Source: Elusimicrobiota bacterium (GTDB lineage: Bacteria > Elusimicrobiota > Elusimicrobia > UBA1565 > UBA9628). Taken from it: DNA of 64,000 bases. Under the pieces are notes generated by a model. It had not been told where the DNA came from and did not search any database. It saw nothing but the letters and a program-made list of their open reading frames with translations. Position numbers and translations under genes: made by a program. Shown one piece after another: positions 29,360 to 39,552 of the stretch. Position 1 is the stretch's first letter. Every line of letters begins with the position of its first letter. The stretch lies in assembly GCA_003151975.1 (NCBI GenBank), contig PLZD01000009.1, forward strand, positions 65,508-129,507, written 5' to 3'.

Positions 29360-31645
29360 TCAATCGGCGGCGGAAAGCCGGGCGCAGAGCGCCGTCGCGG
29401 CGGCGTAGAGCGCGACGCCGAGCCAAAGCGTGCCGCTGATGCCGATGGACAGAGAGCAAACCATCGCCAGCACGGAGCCCACGACGGAGGCCGCGCCGTT
29501 GATCGCCCAATGCCACGCCGTGCGCTGATCGTCGAAGGCGCGGATGAGGCGCATGCCCGCGGGGAACGCCGTGCCCATGAGCAGCGCGGGCGGCGCGATC
29601 ATCAGCACGGACAAAACGATCCGCAGAGGCGTGGGCCATCCCATCCCTGAGGCCGCCAACAAACGGCTCGCCGGCACGGCCGCGGCGAGAACGAGCGTCA
29701 GCGCGGCGAGTGATCGCGGTCCGTTCGCGAAGCGCTCGGACAGGAAGCTCCCCGCGCCGCCGCAGAGCAGGAGGCTGAAGAGCGCGACGGTAAATCCCAA
29801 AGTCGGGTGGCCGAGAAAGAGGCTCAGGCGCTGCATGAGCCCGATTTCGACGAACATGAAGGCCAGGCCGATCAAAGCGAAGTAGAGCGGCAGGCCCGCG
29901 GGGCTCTTGCCCGCGGCCGCGCGCCAGCGGCCCTGTCGCGCCAGCGCCGCCGCGGGCAGCACCGTCAGACCGAGAGCCAACGCGAGCGTCCAGAAGATCA
30001 AAGTGCGAAGCGCTCCGATGATCGGCGCCGGCCCGCCGCGCAGAAGTTCGCCCGACTTGACGTTATAAAAGAAGAACGGCCGGTCGTCGGTCGGGGCCGA
30101 GGCGTCGAAAGGCAGCAACGCCAGTTCTTCCGGAGAAGCGCCGGCGGCGAGCGCCGAGAGCCCGGTGTCGGCGGAGACGGGCTCGGCCTGGCACCTGAGC
30201 TCGAGGCAGACCTTCTTGGCATTCGCCAGGTCCGCTTCCGACAAGACATCGGGAGAGACGAGGATCGTCTCGACGATCGAGCCGGGTACGCGCGCGAGCA
30301 GAATGTGCCTTGAAGGGTCGGCGACGCCGAGCCCCCGTAGGGCGGCCCCCGCCAGGACCGCGGCGCGCGGCATCTCGGAGCCGGCGCGCGCGACGGCGAG
30401 CAGGCCGCCGGGTTTCAGCCGCCGCAAGAAGAGTTCCCACGCCTCGACGGTGTAAAGCCCGTTCTCGACGAGCGCGTAAGCGCCCGAGGCCGTGGCCGCG
30501 GCCGTGTCGACCAAGGAGAGCTGGATGATGTCGTAGCGCCGCGGGTCGCGCTCGAGGAATTGGCGGCCCTCGGCTTGGATGACGCGGACTTGCGGCAGGC
30601 GGTCGAGGTGCCCGGAGAAATCGCCGAAGGCGCGGTGGACGGCGTCGAGGACGGCGGGGTTGACCTCAACGGCGGTGACCGAGGGCGAGCCGAAGGAGAG
30701 CGCCGTCAGGATGTCGCGGCCGCCGCCGGCGCCGATGACGAGCGTGTCGGCGGGATGCCTGAGCCAATGGGCGAAAGAGGTCAAGTCGTAGCGCAAGTGA
30801 CGCAAGGATCTGAGGTCTCCGTCGTAGCGCGTGATCGGTGTCGCCGCCCCGGAATCGATCGCGAGCATGCGCTGCTCGACGGGCGCCTGCCGGCGCAGCA
30901 GGCCCGGCTCCATCGCCCAGGAAAACGGCGGACCGAGCGGCACGGGCAGCACCACAACGCGCGAGAACGCGTTCCAGCGCTCGTAGAGCGGCGCGGGAGC
31001 CGAGCCCCCGCCGGACCAGCGCACGCGCAGCCAGTTCCCTCTCGCGTTGGCCATGGAGAACGCCGCGAGGAGCAAGGCGCAGATCAGCGCCGCCGGGCGT
31101 CTTCGGGAGAGCAGCCAGCCGCCCAGGCAGCCCGTAGCACCCGCCGCCACCGCGGCGCCGGGACCCCCGAGCGCGCCGAGCAAAAGCGGCAGAGCCAGGC
31201 TCGCGCAGGCCGCGCCGGCGAGATCGCAGGCGTAGACTTTTGATGCCGGCGAGATCCTCGCCAGCGCCAAAGTGATGAAGGCGCCCGCCGGGATCAGCGG
31301 CAGGGCGCAAAGAGCGTAAGTCGCGACGAGGTAGCCGCTCGGGACCTCGGGCAGGACGAAGCGGATGGGCAGCGCCAGCTGAAGCGCGATGGCCGCGGCC
31401 ATCAGCAGGCCCGAGCTCAGCGCCAGGCGCGAGAGCCTTGCCGCGAGCTCTTCGCGCCCGTCTTCGGCCACCAGCGCCCAAACCGCGCCGACGGTGAGCC
31501 CAAACATCGCCAACGACACCGCCATGAAGGCGAAATGATAGTGGAGGATGACGCTGAAGATGCGCGTGAGCAAGGTCTCCCAGAGCAAGGCGCTCATCGA
31601 AACCAGAAACAGCGCGCCGTAAAAGCCTCGCGGCGCCGAGGGCAC
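29360..31645 (-). CDS. Fused polytopic membrane / spermidine-synthase-like (polyamine aminopropyltransferase family) protein
   Basis: About 8 N-terminal TM helices, a central class-I methyltransferase/spermidine synthase-like fold (TLVIGAGGGRDILTAL), and C-terminal TM helices. Confidence 0.55.
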   Translation of the reverse strand: MPSAPRGFYGALFLVSMSALLWETLLTRIFSVILHYHFAFMAVSLAMFGLTVGAVWALVAEDGREELAARLSRLALSSGLLMAAAIALQLALPIRFVLPEVPSGYLVATYALCALPLIPAGAFITLALARISPASKVYACDLAGAACASLALPLLLGALGGPGAAVAAGATGCLGGWLLSRRRPAALICALLLAAFSMANARGNWLRVRWSGGGSAPAPLYERWNAFSRVVVLPVPLGPPFSWAMEPGLLRRQAPVEQRMLAIDSGAATPITRYDGDLRSLRHLRYDLTSFAHWLRHPADTLVIGAGGGRDILTALSFGSPSVTAVEVNPAVLDAVHRAFGDFSGHLDRLPQVRVIQAEGRQFLERDPRRYDIIQLSLVDTAAATASGAYALVENGLYTVEAWELFLRRLKPGGLLAVARAGSEMPRAAVLAGAALRGLGVADPSRHILLARVPGSIVETILVSPDVLSEADLANAKKVCLELRCQAEPVSADTGLSALAAGASPEELALLPFDASAPTDDRPFFFYNVKSGELLRGGPAPIIGALRTLIFWTLALALGLTVLPAAALARQGRWRAAAGKSPAGLPLYFALIGLAFMFVEIGLMQRLSLFLGHPTLGFTVALFSLLLCGGAGSFLSERFANGPRSLAALTLVLAAAVPASRLLAASGMGWPTPLRIVLSVLMIAPPALLMGTAFPAGMRLIRAFDDQRTAWHWAINGAASVVGSVLAMVCSLSIGISGTLWLGVALYAAATALCARLSAAD

Positions 31646-31732
31646 GCTATTTTCTCCCGGACGGAGCCGCAGTTAGAGGATGTTGCGCCATGTTGTCGCG
31701 CGAGCGCTGACGAAGTACGGCTTGCTCATGGC

Positions 31733-33535
31733 CTACGGCTGCATCTGCAGGAGCTTGAGAGTGAAGAGGATCGGCAGGATGACGGCCACGAGCGCCTCGC
31801 CCGCGACAAATCCCGAGGCCAGCGGGATCAGATGCTGGTCGTAGGACTTTTTGTGGACCTTGCCCCAGACGACTTCCAGCACCGAGCCCACGAACATCGC
31901 GACGATCGCCGAGCCCGGCACGAGCGCGCCGATGCCCAAGCCCGTGGGAGAGGGAGTCCAATGCTTGAAGCGGGTCGACTCGAGGTAAGTGAAAAGCACT
32001 CCGAGTACCACGGCGATGAGCAGCGCGGCGACGGCTCCGGGCGGAAGCGCCGAGAGGCCCTTCGATAGAAGCTGAGCGAACCCCGCCCACTTCTGGGAGA
32101 TCGGCGACTGGAGGCCGTTCTCGCCGCCGATGCCGTAGGTGTCGCGCAGAAGAGGATAGACGATCGAGACCGCCGCGGCGCCCACCGGCACCGCCATCAG
32201 CTGCGTGTAGGTCAGGTAGCGCGGCGTGCTGCCGATCATGTCGCCGGTTTTGTAATCCTGCATGAGCCCCTCGGACTGCGAGGCCACCGAGCCGGTCACG
32301 CCGCTGGCCACCATGTTGGCCGCGACTTGGCCGGGGCACATGATCCCGAAGATCGCCTGCATCATGTTCGAGAGCGCGCTGATCGGCCCCCAATTCGTCT
32401 CGCCCATGACGCGCAGGCCCACGAGCATCAAGGGCACGGAGAACAGGATCGCCATCAAAGTCATCCAGATCGGCATGCCGAGGCTGACTTTCTGAACGAT
32501 CGCCAAGGCGATGGAGCTTGCGACCGAGCCCCAGATCACCCAGGACATCGGAAAATCGTTCGACTCGATGTTGGCGTGGGCGAGGTTCTTGAAGGTCCGG
32601 ACCAAGATGGTCCAGCGCATGAACAGAGCCGTGAGGCCGCCGGAGATCAGCATGCCCGTGGCCGGCCACATGACCCACATGAGGACCTGTTTGCGAACGA
32701 GCGCTTGGACGATGCCGTGCTCGAGCAGAAGGGGAGGCATCAGATACCAGGAGAACAGCGTGCCGGCCAGCATGCTCGCGTTGATGCGCATGCCGACGAG
32801 CATTCCGGAGCCGACGGAGAGCAGGCTCCAGCTGACGCCGAACGCCATGCTCTGGCCGCTGGCGCCGAAGGCCATCATCTCTGGGATGCGGTACCAGACG
32901 TCGGCGAGAACGCGCGCGTCCTCCCGGAAAATCATGAGGATGCCGGAGACGATCGTGCCGGCGCTCAGGGACATGGTGGCGCCGCGCGCCTCGGCGCCGC
33001 GCGAATCGAGCACGATGAGCGTCTCGCCGGCGGCGATGCCGTCGGCGAAGGTCAATTTTTCATCGATGACGAAATGCTGCCGCATGGGGACCGCCAGCAG
33101 AACGCCGAGCACGCCCGCAGTGGTGAGCCAAGCGAAGGACTGCCAGCGCGAGAGCACGAGGTCGAAGTGAAGGCCCGGAACCTGGTGCAGCATGTCGAAG
33201 GCCGCCATGATCACGCAGAGAAACGCGGTCTGCCCGGCGGATGTGCCCGCTGTCTGCACGATGTTGTTCTCCCAGCGATTATATTGCCGCGGGTTGAAGC
33301 CGAGAAGGCGCACGAACCACAAGACGCTGGCGAAGATCATGAAGCCGAAGAAGGCCGAGACGACCGAGATGTTCGGTCCGAAGCCCAGCTTCATGACGAC
33401 GTAAGGGTAGGAACCGCCGATGACCGCCGCGACGAACATCGCGCAGACGACCGCGCGGAGGGTGAACTCGCCGCCTTTAGGCGGGCGCGCCCGCGAATGA
33501 TCGACGTGCGGCTCTCCGACGGAGTTCGTGGTCAT
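31733..33535 (-). CDS. OPT-family oligopeptide transporter
   Basis: N-terminal EFTLRAVVCAMFVAAVIGGSYPYVVMKLGFGPNISVVSA matches the OPT superfamily signature. About 16 TM segments. Confidence 0.8.
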   Translation of the reverse strand: MTTNSVGEPHVDHSRARPPKGGEFTLRAVVCAMFVAAVIGGSYPYVVMKLGFGPNISVVSAFFGFMIFASVLWFVRLLGFNPRQYNRWENNIVQTAGTSAGQTAFLCVIMAAFDMLHQVPGLHFDLVLSRWQSFAWLTTAGVLGVLLAVPMRQHFVIDEKLTFADGIAAGETLIVLDSRGAEARGATMSLSAGTIVSGILMIFREDARVLADVWYRIPEMMAFGASGQSMAFGVSWSLLSVGSGMLVGMRINASMLAGTLFSWYLMPPLLLEHGIVQALVRKQVLMWVMWPATGMLISGGLTALFMRWTILVRTFKNLAHANIESNDFPMSWVIWGSVASSIALAIVQKVSLGMPIWMTLMAILFSVPLMLVGLRVMGETNWGPISALSNMMQAIFGIMCPGQVAANMVASGVTGSVASQSEGLMQDYKTGDMIGSTPRYLTYTQLMAVPVGAAAVSIVYPLLRDTYGIGGENGLQSPISQKWAGFAQLLSKGLSALPPGAVAALLIAVVLGVLFTYLESTRFKHWTPSPTGLGIGALVPGSAIVAMFVGSVLEVVWGKVHKKSYDQHLIPLASGFVAGEALVAVILPILFTLKLLQMQP

Positions 33536-33600
33536 GGCGGGTAGAATACCGCCTATGGCCGGGGCTTGTCAATCTCGGGGGTATCGCAAAATGCGATACC

Positions 33601-34317
33601 TCAGACCCGCGAGAGGATCTCGCCGCTCTCTCCTTTAATAGAAAGATCGGCGACGCCGGTAAGAGCGGAAGCTTCCGGATTGATCTCGACGACGACGGCG
33701 CCGTTCTTTTTGGCCTCGCGCGCAAGAGACGCCGCGGGCTCGACGGCGCCGGAGGTTCCGATGACGAGGAACAGGTCCGCGGTTTGGGCCAGCTCCCAGG
33801 ATTTCGCGAACGTGCCCTCCGGCAGCGCCTCGCCAAACCAAACGACGGCGGGGCGCATGACCGCGCCGCAGGCGCCGCACTTCGGCGGAAGGGTCGCGAG
33901 CGGGACGCGCAGGTCCTCGACGTATTTCGGGCACGCCGTGCAGCGCAGGCGCCAGATGTTGCCGTGCAGTTCGAGCACGCGGCGGCTGCCGGCGTCTTGA
34001 TGCAGGCCGTCGACGTTCTGGGTGATGAGCCAGAAATCCGGCTTTTCATTTTCTAATAACGCCAAGAAAGTGTGTCCCGCGTTCGGCTTGGCTTGGGCGA
34101 TGATTTCGCGGCGGAAGGAATACCACTCCCACACGAGCTTCGGGTCGCGTGCGAAGGCCTCGGGCGTGGCGAGATCCTGGGGTCTAAAATTTCTCCAGAG
34201 CCCGCCGGGCCCGCGAAAAGTCGGGATGCCGCTCTCGGCCGAGACGCCAGCACCCGTCAGCGCGCGAGGCCGCTTGGACTTTTTCAATAAACGCTGGAGC
34301 TCGTCGACGCCTTTCAT
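33601..34317 (-). CDS. cobB: NAD-dependent protein deacylase (Sir2 family)
   Basis: Motifs GAGVSAESGIPTFRG and NVDGLH, plus the Zn ribbon C..C...C..C. Confidence 0.9.
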   Translation of the reverse strand: MKGVDELQRLLKKSKRPRALTGAGVSAESGIPTFRGPGGLWRNFRPQDLATPEAFARDPKLVWEWYSFRREIIAQAKPNAGHTFLALLENEKPDFWLITQNVDGLHQDAGSRRVLELHGNIWRLRCTACPKYVEDLRVPLATLPPKCGACGAVMRPAVVWFGEALPEGTFAKSWELAQTADLFLVIGTSGAVEPAASLAREAKKNGAVVVEINPEASALTGVADLSIKGESGEILSRV

Positions 34318-34340
34318 GTCGTGATCGTATCAAAATGCCC

Positions 34341-34346
34341 TATAAT
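34341..34346 (+). promoter_or_regulatory. TATAAT -10 hexamer ending 6 nt before the speA ATG (leaderless geometry)
   Basis: The sequence reads cccTATAATatctgaATG. Confidence 0.35.
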
Positions 34347-34352
34347 ATCTGA

Positions 34353-36323
34353 ATGCCAAAAGAGTGGACCGTCGACGACTCAGCCAAACTTTACAACCTC
34401 CGGGGCTGGGGCCTGAAGTACTTCGGGATCAACAAAAAGGGAAATCTCGCCGTCCATCCGGACCGCGAACCCGAGTCCTCGATCGACATCAAGACCGTCG
34501 TTGACGATGTTTTAGCTCGCGGCATCAAGCTTCCCGTTTTGTTCCGCTTTCAAGATGTCCTGCGCCATCGCGTGCGCTACCTCAACGAGACTTTTCGCCG
34601 CGTTATCGCCGAGCACAAATACCAGGGCGGCTATTACGGCGTCTATCCGATCAAGGTCAACCAGCTCCGGGAAGTCGTGGAAGAAATCGTCGACGCCGGC
34701 CAGGACTACCAGTTCGGCCTCGAGGCCGGCAGCAAAGGCGAGCTCATGGCTGTGCTCGCGATGAACCAGCCCGGCGCGCTCGTGATCGTCAACGGCTACA
34801 AGGACGAGCGCATGATGCGCCTGGCGCTCATCGGCGTCAAGCTCGGCCGCAAGGTCATCGTCGTCATCGAGAAGCTCAGCGAGCTCCAGCTTTTGCTCAA
34901 GGCCTCCAAGGACCTCGGCGTGCGGCCGTTCATCGGACTGCGCTCCAAGCTCCAGACTCAGGGCTCCGGAAAATGGAAGTATTCGTCCGGGCACGCCGCC
35001 AAGTTCGGCCTCACGACGCCCGAGGTGCTCTCCGCGGTCGCGGACCTTGAGGCCGTCGGCATGGCCGATTGCGTCAAGCTCCTGCACTTTCACGTCGGCT
35101 CGCAGGTCACCGACATCCAGACGATCAAGGACGCCGTGCGCGAAGCCACGCGCACCTACGCCAAGCTCCGCAAGCGCGGCTTGGGGATCGAGTACCTCGA
35201 CTGCGGCGGGGGCTTGGGCGTCGACTACGACGGCACCAACACTGCCGTCGACAGTTCGACAAATTACAATTTGAAGGAATACGTCGGCGGCGTCGTCTAC
35301 ACGATCCAGGAAGTCTGCGCGCAGGAGAAGGTGCCCGAGCCGCACATCACCACCGAATCGGGCCGCTCGGTGGTCGCGCACCACTCCATGCTTGTGGTCA
35401 ACGTGTTCGGCACGATCGAGGCCGGCACGACGCCCATCGAGCTCGCGGAATCCCCCGCGGAGGCCGACGTCGTCAAGAAAATGCGCGAGGTCATCAAGGA
35501 GCTCCAGCCGCGCGCGCTGGCCGAGGCTTATCACGACGGCCAGGAGCGCCGCGAGGAAGCCTTCACGCTCTTTAAGCTCGGTTTTCTTTCGCTCGAGGAT
35601 AAGGCCAAGGTGGAAAATCTCTATTGGCGCCTCTGCCTCGAGATCGACAAGCTCATGCCGAAGGCCAAGTACGTGCCCGACGATTTGGTCGAGATGTCGA
35701 AGACGGTCAAAGACCAGTACCTCTGCAATTTCTCGGTGTTCCAGTCGGTGCCGGATTCTTGGGCCATCGGCCAGCTCTTTCCTATCATGCCCCTGCACCG
35801 CTTAGGCGAAGAGCCTATGCGCCGCGCGGCGCTCGTCGACATCACCTGCGACTCGGACGGCAAGATCTCGCAGTTCGCCTGCCACCGCAAGGCCGGCGGC
35901 TCTCTCCCGCTGCACCCGCTCCAGAACGGCGATCCTTATTATTTGGGCGTTTTCCTGATGGGCGCCTACCAGGCGACCATGGGCGACATCCACAATCTCT
36001 TCGGCCGCGTCAACGAAGTCCACGTCTTCGCCGACGCCGACGAGCCCGGCGGCTACTACCTCGAGGAGATCATCGCGGGCCAAACCGTGCGCGAGGTGCT
36101 GGCGTCCATTCAGTACAACGACTACGAGCTGGTCAAGCGCGTGAAGACCGAGATCGACTCGTGCGTGAAGGCCGGCGCGCTCAAGCCGCGCGAGGGCGTG
36201 GAGCTGCTCAACGAGTACGAAGGCGTCATGAACGAGTACACCTACATCGATCACGACTCGCGGCGCCAGGCCACGCTCTCGGCCGGTCCCGCGGTCGAGC
36301 CGCTCGTCAAGCAGGGCGTTTAA
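34353..36323 (+). CDS. speA: Biosynthetic arginine decarboxylase
   Basis: 656-aa PLP-dependent (fold III) decarboxylase with the SpeA-specific N-terminus (WTVDDSAKLYNLRGWG..YF.IN..G.L.V.P) and C-terminal domain. Confidence 0.93.
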   Translation: MPKEWTVDDSAKLYNLRGWGLKYFGINKKGNLAVHPDREPESSIDIKTVVDDVLARGIKLPVLFRFQDVLRHRVRYLNETFRRVIAEHKYQGGYYGVYPIKVNQLREVVEEIVDAGQDYQFGLEAGSKGELMAVLAMNQPGALVIVNGYKDERMMRLALIGVKLGRKVIVVIEKLSELQLLLKASKDLGVRPFIGLRSKLQTQGSGKWKYSSGHAAKFGLTTPEVLSAVADLEAVGMADCVKLLHFHVGSQVTDIQTIKDAVREATRTYAKLRKRGLGIEYLDCGGGLGVDYDGTNTAVDSSTNYNLKEYVGGVVYTIQEVCAQEKVPEPHITTESGRSVVAHHSMLVVNVFGTIEAGTTPIELAESPAEADVVKKMREVIKELQPRALAEAYHDGQERREEAFTLFKLGFLSLEDKAKVENLYWRLCLEIDKLMPKAKYVPDDLVEMSKTVKDQYLCNFSVFQSVPDSWAIGQLFPIMPLHRLGEEPMRRAALVDITCDSDGKISQFACHRKAGGSLPLHPLQNGDPYYLGVFLMGAYQATMGDIHNLFGRVNEVHVFADADEPGGYYLEEIIAGQTVREVLASIQYNDYELVKRVKTEIDSCVKAGALKPREGVELLNEYEGVMNEYTYIDHDSRRQATLSAGPAVEPLVKQGV

Positions 36324-36381
36324 GACCCGCCGCGGCAAGAATCGGGTGTCGCCGCCGCGGTCCCGCGGCTATCATATCCGC

Positions 36382-37206
36382 ATGACAACCTACGAACGCA
36401 TCGAGAAGGTCATCAACTACATCGAAAGCCGCCGGCTCGAGCAGCCGCGGCTCTCGGCATTGGCCAAGGTCGCGGGCCTGAGCCCTTCGCGCTTCCACCG
36501 CTTGTTCGCGCGCTGGGCCGGCGCGACTCCGAAGGACTTCCTCAAGTTCCTCACGAGCGAGCACGCCAAGGCCCTGCTGCGCAAGAAACGCGACCTGCTA
36601 AGTGTCTCGCTTGAGACCGGACTCTCGGGCCCGGGCCGGCTGCACGACCTGATGGTGACCGTCGAGGGCGTCTCTCCGGGCGAATTCAAGCTCAAGGGGG
36701 CCGGTCTCGAAATCCTGTACGGCTTTCACCAGACGCCGTTTGGTGAGGCGCTGATGGCTCAGACCAAACGAGGCATCTGCCACGTGTCCTTCATCGAGAA
36801 GCCCTCCGGAAGACGGGCCGCGTTCAAGGAGCTCACGGCTAAATGGCCCAAGGCGGCTCTGCGCGAGGACCGCGCCAAGACGGCCGCCACGACCTCAAGA
36901 ATCTTCGGCCCGCCTTCCCGCGAGAAAATCAGAGTCTTCGCCGCCGGCACTCCGTTTCAGCTGAAGGTGTGGGAAGCTCTGCTTCGAATTCCCTCGGGCG
37001 AGGCCTCGACGTACGGCCGCATCGCGGCCGCCGTCGGGTCGCCGAAGGCCGCTAGGGCCGTGGGTTCCGCGATCGGCGATAATCCGGTCGCCTTCCTGAT
37101 TCCCTGCCATCGCGTCATTCGGGAGGCGGGAGCGCTCGGCGGCTACCGCTGGGGGACCGCGCGCAAGCGGGCCCTGCTCGCCTGGGAAGGCGCGCGGGCG
37201 GCCTGA
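36382..37206 (+). CDS. AraC-type HTH fused to methylated-DNA-protein-cysteine S-methyltransferase (Ada/AdaA-Ogt-like)
   Basis: N-terminal AraC-like HTH (LSALAKVAGLSPSRFHRLFARWAGATPKDFL). C-terminal MGMT active site PCHRVI with the neighbouring GYRWG. Confidence 0.75.
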   Translation: MTTYERIEKVINYIESRRLEQPRLSALAKVAGLSPSRFHRLFARWAGATPKDFLKFLTSEHAKALLRKKRDLLSVSLETGLSGPGRLHDLMVTVEGVSPGEFKLKGAGLEILYGFHQTPFGEALMAQTKRGICHVSFIEKPSGRRAAFKELTAKWPKAALREDRAKTAATTSRIFGPPSREKIRVFAAGTPFQLKVWEALLRIPSGEASTYGRIAAAVGSPKAARAVGSAIGDNPVAFLIPCHRVIREAGALGGYRWGTARKRALLAWEGARAA

Positions 37207-38117
37207 TGACGGCCAAACGCGTCGACTATCTCCTGTTCTTCCTGCTTGCCGCCATGTGGGGCGGGTCGTTTGTCGCGATCAAGTTTGTCGTCACGGATTT
37301 TCCGCCGGTCTTCGGCGCGATGCTGCGCGTGGCCGTGGCGCTATTGGTGCTGGGCGCGGTCTTTTCGGCCCAGCGCCGGAGCTTGAGCGTGCCGGCGGCT
37401 CTGCGCCGCCGCATGTGGCTGGCCGGATTCTTCTCGCAGGGCCTGCCGTTCTGCCTGCTGTTCTGGGGCGAGCGCAAGATCTCGCCGGGACTGGCCGGCA
37501 TCATCAACGGCACCGTGCCGATCTGGGCGTTTATTTTGGGGCGCTTCACGCCGCAGCGCGAGTCGCTCAGCACGCGCAAGCTGCTCGGCCTCGGCCTAGG
37601 CTTGGCGGGAATCGCGGTCATCTTCTATCCCTTGATCGCGTTTTCAGGAACGCGCGACGAGGCGCTGGGCGCTTCCGCCGTGGTCTTGATGGCGGTCTCC
37701 TACGCCGTGGGCTCGCTTCTGAGCCGGACGCTGCTCGCCGGGCACAAGGCGGATTTTCGGGCCAACGTCTTCCACCAGCATTGCGCGAGCCTGGCGGTAC
37801 TGGTCGCGACGTCCGCCTCGCTTGAGTCGTGGCCTTCCGCCTCCACGATGCTCGCATCGCCGCCCGCGATCGTCTCGGTCCTGTATTTGGGAATCTTCTC
37901 GACGGCCGCGGCCTTCATGATTTACTTCCATCTGATCCGCGAGTGGGGCGCCGTGCGCGCCAGCGCCGTGACTTACGTGGCGCCCGTCGTGGCGCTGTTC
38001 TGGGATTTCGTCTTCTTCCGAAACCTGCCGGGGCCGTCGGTATGGCTCGGGGTCGGCGCGATCTTGTCGGGCGTCGTCCTGCTCCACGAGCCCGCGACGA
38101 AAGTCGCGAAAAACTAG
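37206..38117 (+). CDS. EamA-family (DMT superfamily) transporter
   Basis: Ten TM helices arranged as two EamA repeats. The start overlaps the upstream stop. Confidence 0.75.
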   Translation: MTAKRVDYLLFFLLAAMWGGSFVAIKFVVTDFPPVFGAMLRVAVALLVLGAVFSAQRRSLSVPAALRRRMWLAGFFSQGLPFCLLFWGERKISPGLAGIINGTVPIWAFILGRFTPQRESLSTRKLLGLGLGLAGIAVIFYPLIAFSGTRDEALGASAVVLMAVSYAVGSLLSRTLLAGHKADFRANVFHQHCASLAVLVATSASLESWPSASTMLASPPAIVSVLYLGIFSTAAAFMIYFHLIREWGAVRASAVTYVAPVVALFWDFVFFRNLPGPSVWLGVGAILSGVVLLHEPATKVAKN

Positions 38118-38605
38118 AGCGCGTCGCTGCGGGTGCTGGGCGGTTCGTATAGGAGCGTGATGGAGTTGTCCGTCGAGGTCCCGTCGCATGCGCCGCCGCA
38201 GGAAAGCGTGATTTGGACCATCTCCGTTCGGAAGACGCTTCTCGACTGGTAATCGGGCGCCGCGCTGATGCGGTAGGACTCGGCCTTGGCGACGTAGTCG
38301 GCCGCTTCCAATTCGGGCGCGCGGTACTTGTCGGTCAATAGCGCCTTGATCTGATGGAAGTAGTCGACGTATTTATCCTTCTCGACGACGACCGGATCGA
38401 AGACGACGGTCACTTTCTCCAGGCCCCTGCGGGTGTATCCGTATTTGACGGTGGCCTTGAGCCCGTTGATCATCGTGTGCTCGTAATCGGTGCCGCGGGC
38501 CGACTTGACGGCCTTCTCGGACATCCCCCACGTCGTGTTCTGGTAAGTGAAATCCTTGGCGCAGGCCGCCAGGACGATGAGGCAGAGGGGAAGAATCTTC
38601 TTCAT
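38114..38605 (-). CDS. Lipoprotein of unknown function
   Basis: Lipobox LAACA. 163 aa. G/C-rich third positions. Confidence 0.5.
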   Translation of the reverse strand: MKKILPLCLIVLAACAKDFTYQNTTWGMSEKAVKSARGTDYEHTMINGLKATVKYGYTRRGLEKVTVVFDPVVVEKDKYVDYFHQIKALLTDKYRAPELEAADYVAKAESYRISAAPDYQSRSVFRTEMVQITLSCGGACDGTSTDNSITLLYEPPSTRSDAL

Positions 38606-38606
38606 T

Positions 38607-39428
38607 CTAGAACCGGAAGTCCAGGCCGCCGGCTTTTTCTTGCGCTTGGGCCGTCTTGAGCGCGTCGATGCCGATGTTGATGTGCAGGCCGGTGTATTTC
38701 TCGAACAATTTCTTCGACGATTCGGCCGTCTTGATGCCGCCGGGCTTGAGCGGAACGTCCGAGATCAGCATGAGCGCGCCGATCGGCACGCGGCGCGCGT
38801 AGCCGACGATGAAGAGCGTCGCGCATTCCATGTCGATGGCCTGGGCGCGCTGCGCGGCCAGCGTCGCTTTGAACTCCTCGTTGAACTCCCAGAAGCGGAC
38901 GTTGGTCGTGTGGATGACGCCCGTGTGGTACTTGAGCTTCTTTTTCTCGAGTTCTTCGCAGGCCAGCCTCTGCAGGACGAACGAGCTCAAGGCCGGGCAT
39001 TGGGGCGGCATGTAGCTGTCCGAGGTCCCCTCGTTGCGGATGGCCGCGACGGGATTAAAGAAATCCCCGACCTGGTATTCGTCGCGCAGGCCGCCGCAGA
39101 GACCGAGCATGATGACCGCCTTGGGCTTTATAAAGGAAAGCAGATCGACGACCAGGGCCGCGGTCGGCGAGCCGACGCTGAAATCGATGATCGAAATGCC
39201 GTCCTTGGCCGAGTGGCTGGCCCGCATGACGGAGCCCTGTTGAACCGGCGTCTTCTCGATCTCCGCGAAAGACCGGACGTAGAGGCTGAAGTTGGTCAGC
39301 AGGACGTAGGGCTGAAACTCGGCGGCCGAACTCCCCGTGTAGCGCTCGAGCGTGGAAAGCCCGATGCGGTCGCGGGTGTGCTGGTCGATGTCGGCGTAAT
39401 TTTCCCGCGTGAGCTTGGGCGCTTTCAT
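38607..39428 (-). CDS. Nucleoside phosphorylase-fold protein, short AMP-nucleosidase-like (PNP/UDP family 1)
   Basis: Sequence AVIMLGLCGGL...IDMECATLFIVG, similar to the catalytic domain of AMP nucleosidase/MTA nucleosidase. No signal peptide. Confidence 0.6.
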   Translation of the reverse strand: MKAPKLTRENYADIDQHTRDRIGLSTLERYTGSSAAEFQPYVLLTNFSLYVRSFAEIEKTPVQQGSVMRASHSAKDGISIIDFSVGSPTAALVVDLLSFIKPKAVIMLGLCGGLRDEYQVGDFFNPVAAIRNEGTSDSYMPPQCPALSSFVLQRLACEELEKKKLKYHTGVIHTTNVRFWEFNEEFKATLAAQRAQAIDMECATLFIVGYARRVPIGALMLISDVPLKPGGIKTAESSKKLFEKYTGLHINIGIDALKTAQAQEKAGGLDFRF

Positions 39429-39552
39429 CCGCGCTGAGTATAACAGTAGAGGCGGCTTTGCGCAAGCGTCGGATTAGCGTGGTGTTATGCGGCGAATCGG
39501 AATTGACGCTGCTGGCATCAACATGTCAACATCTGATTTCCAAGATCATGCG

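Noticed and set aside
39511-39552. Direct repeat TCAACAT-GT-CAACAT and a TTGACG hexamer upstream of the 39553 gene
   Set aside because: The repeat is short and there is no convincing -10 hexamer at the right spacing, so this is probably chance.
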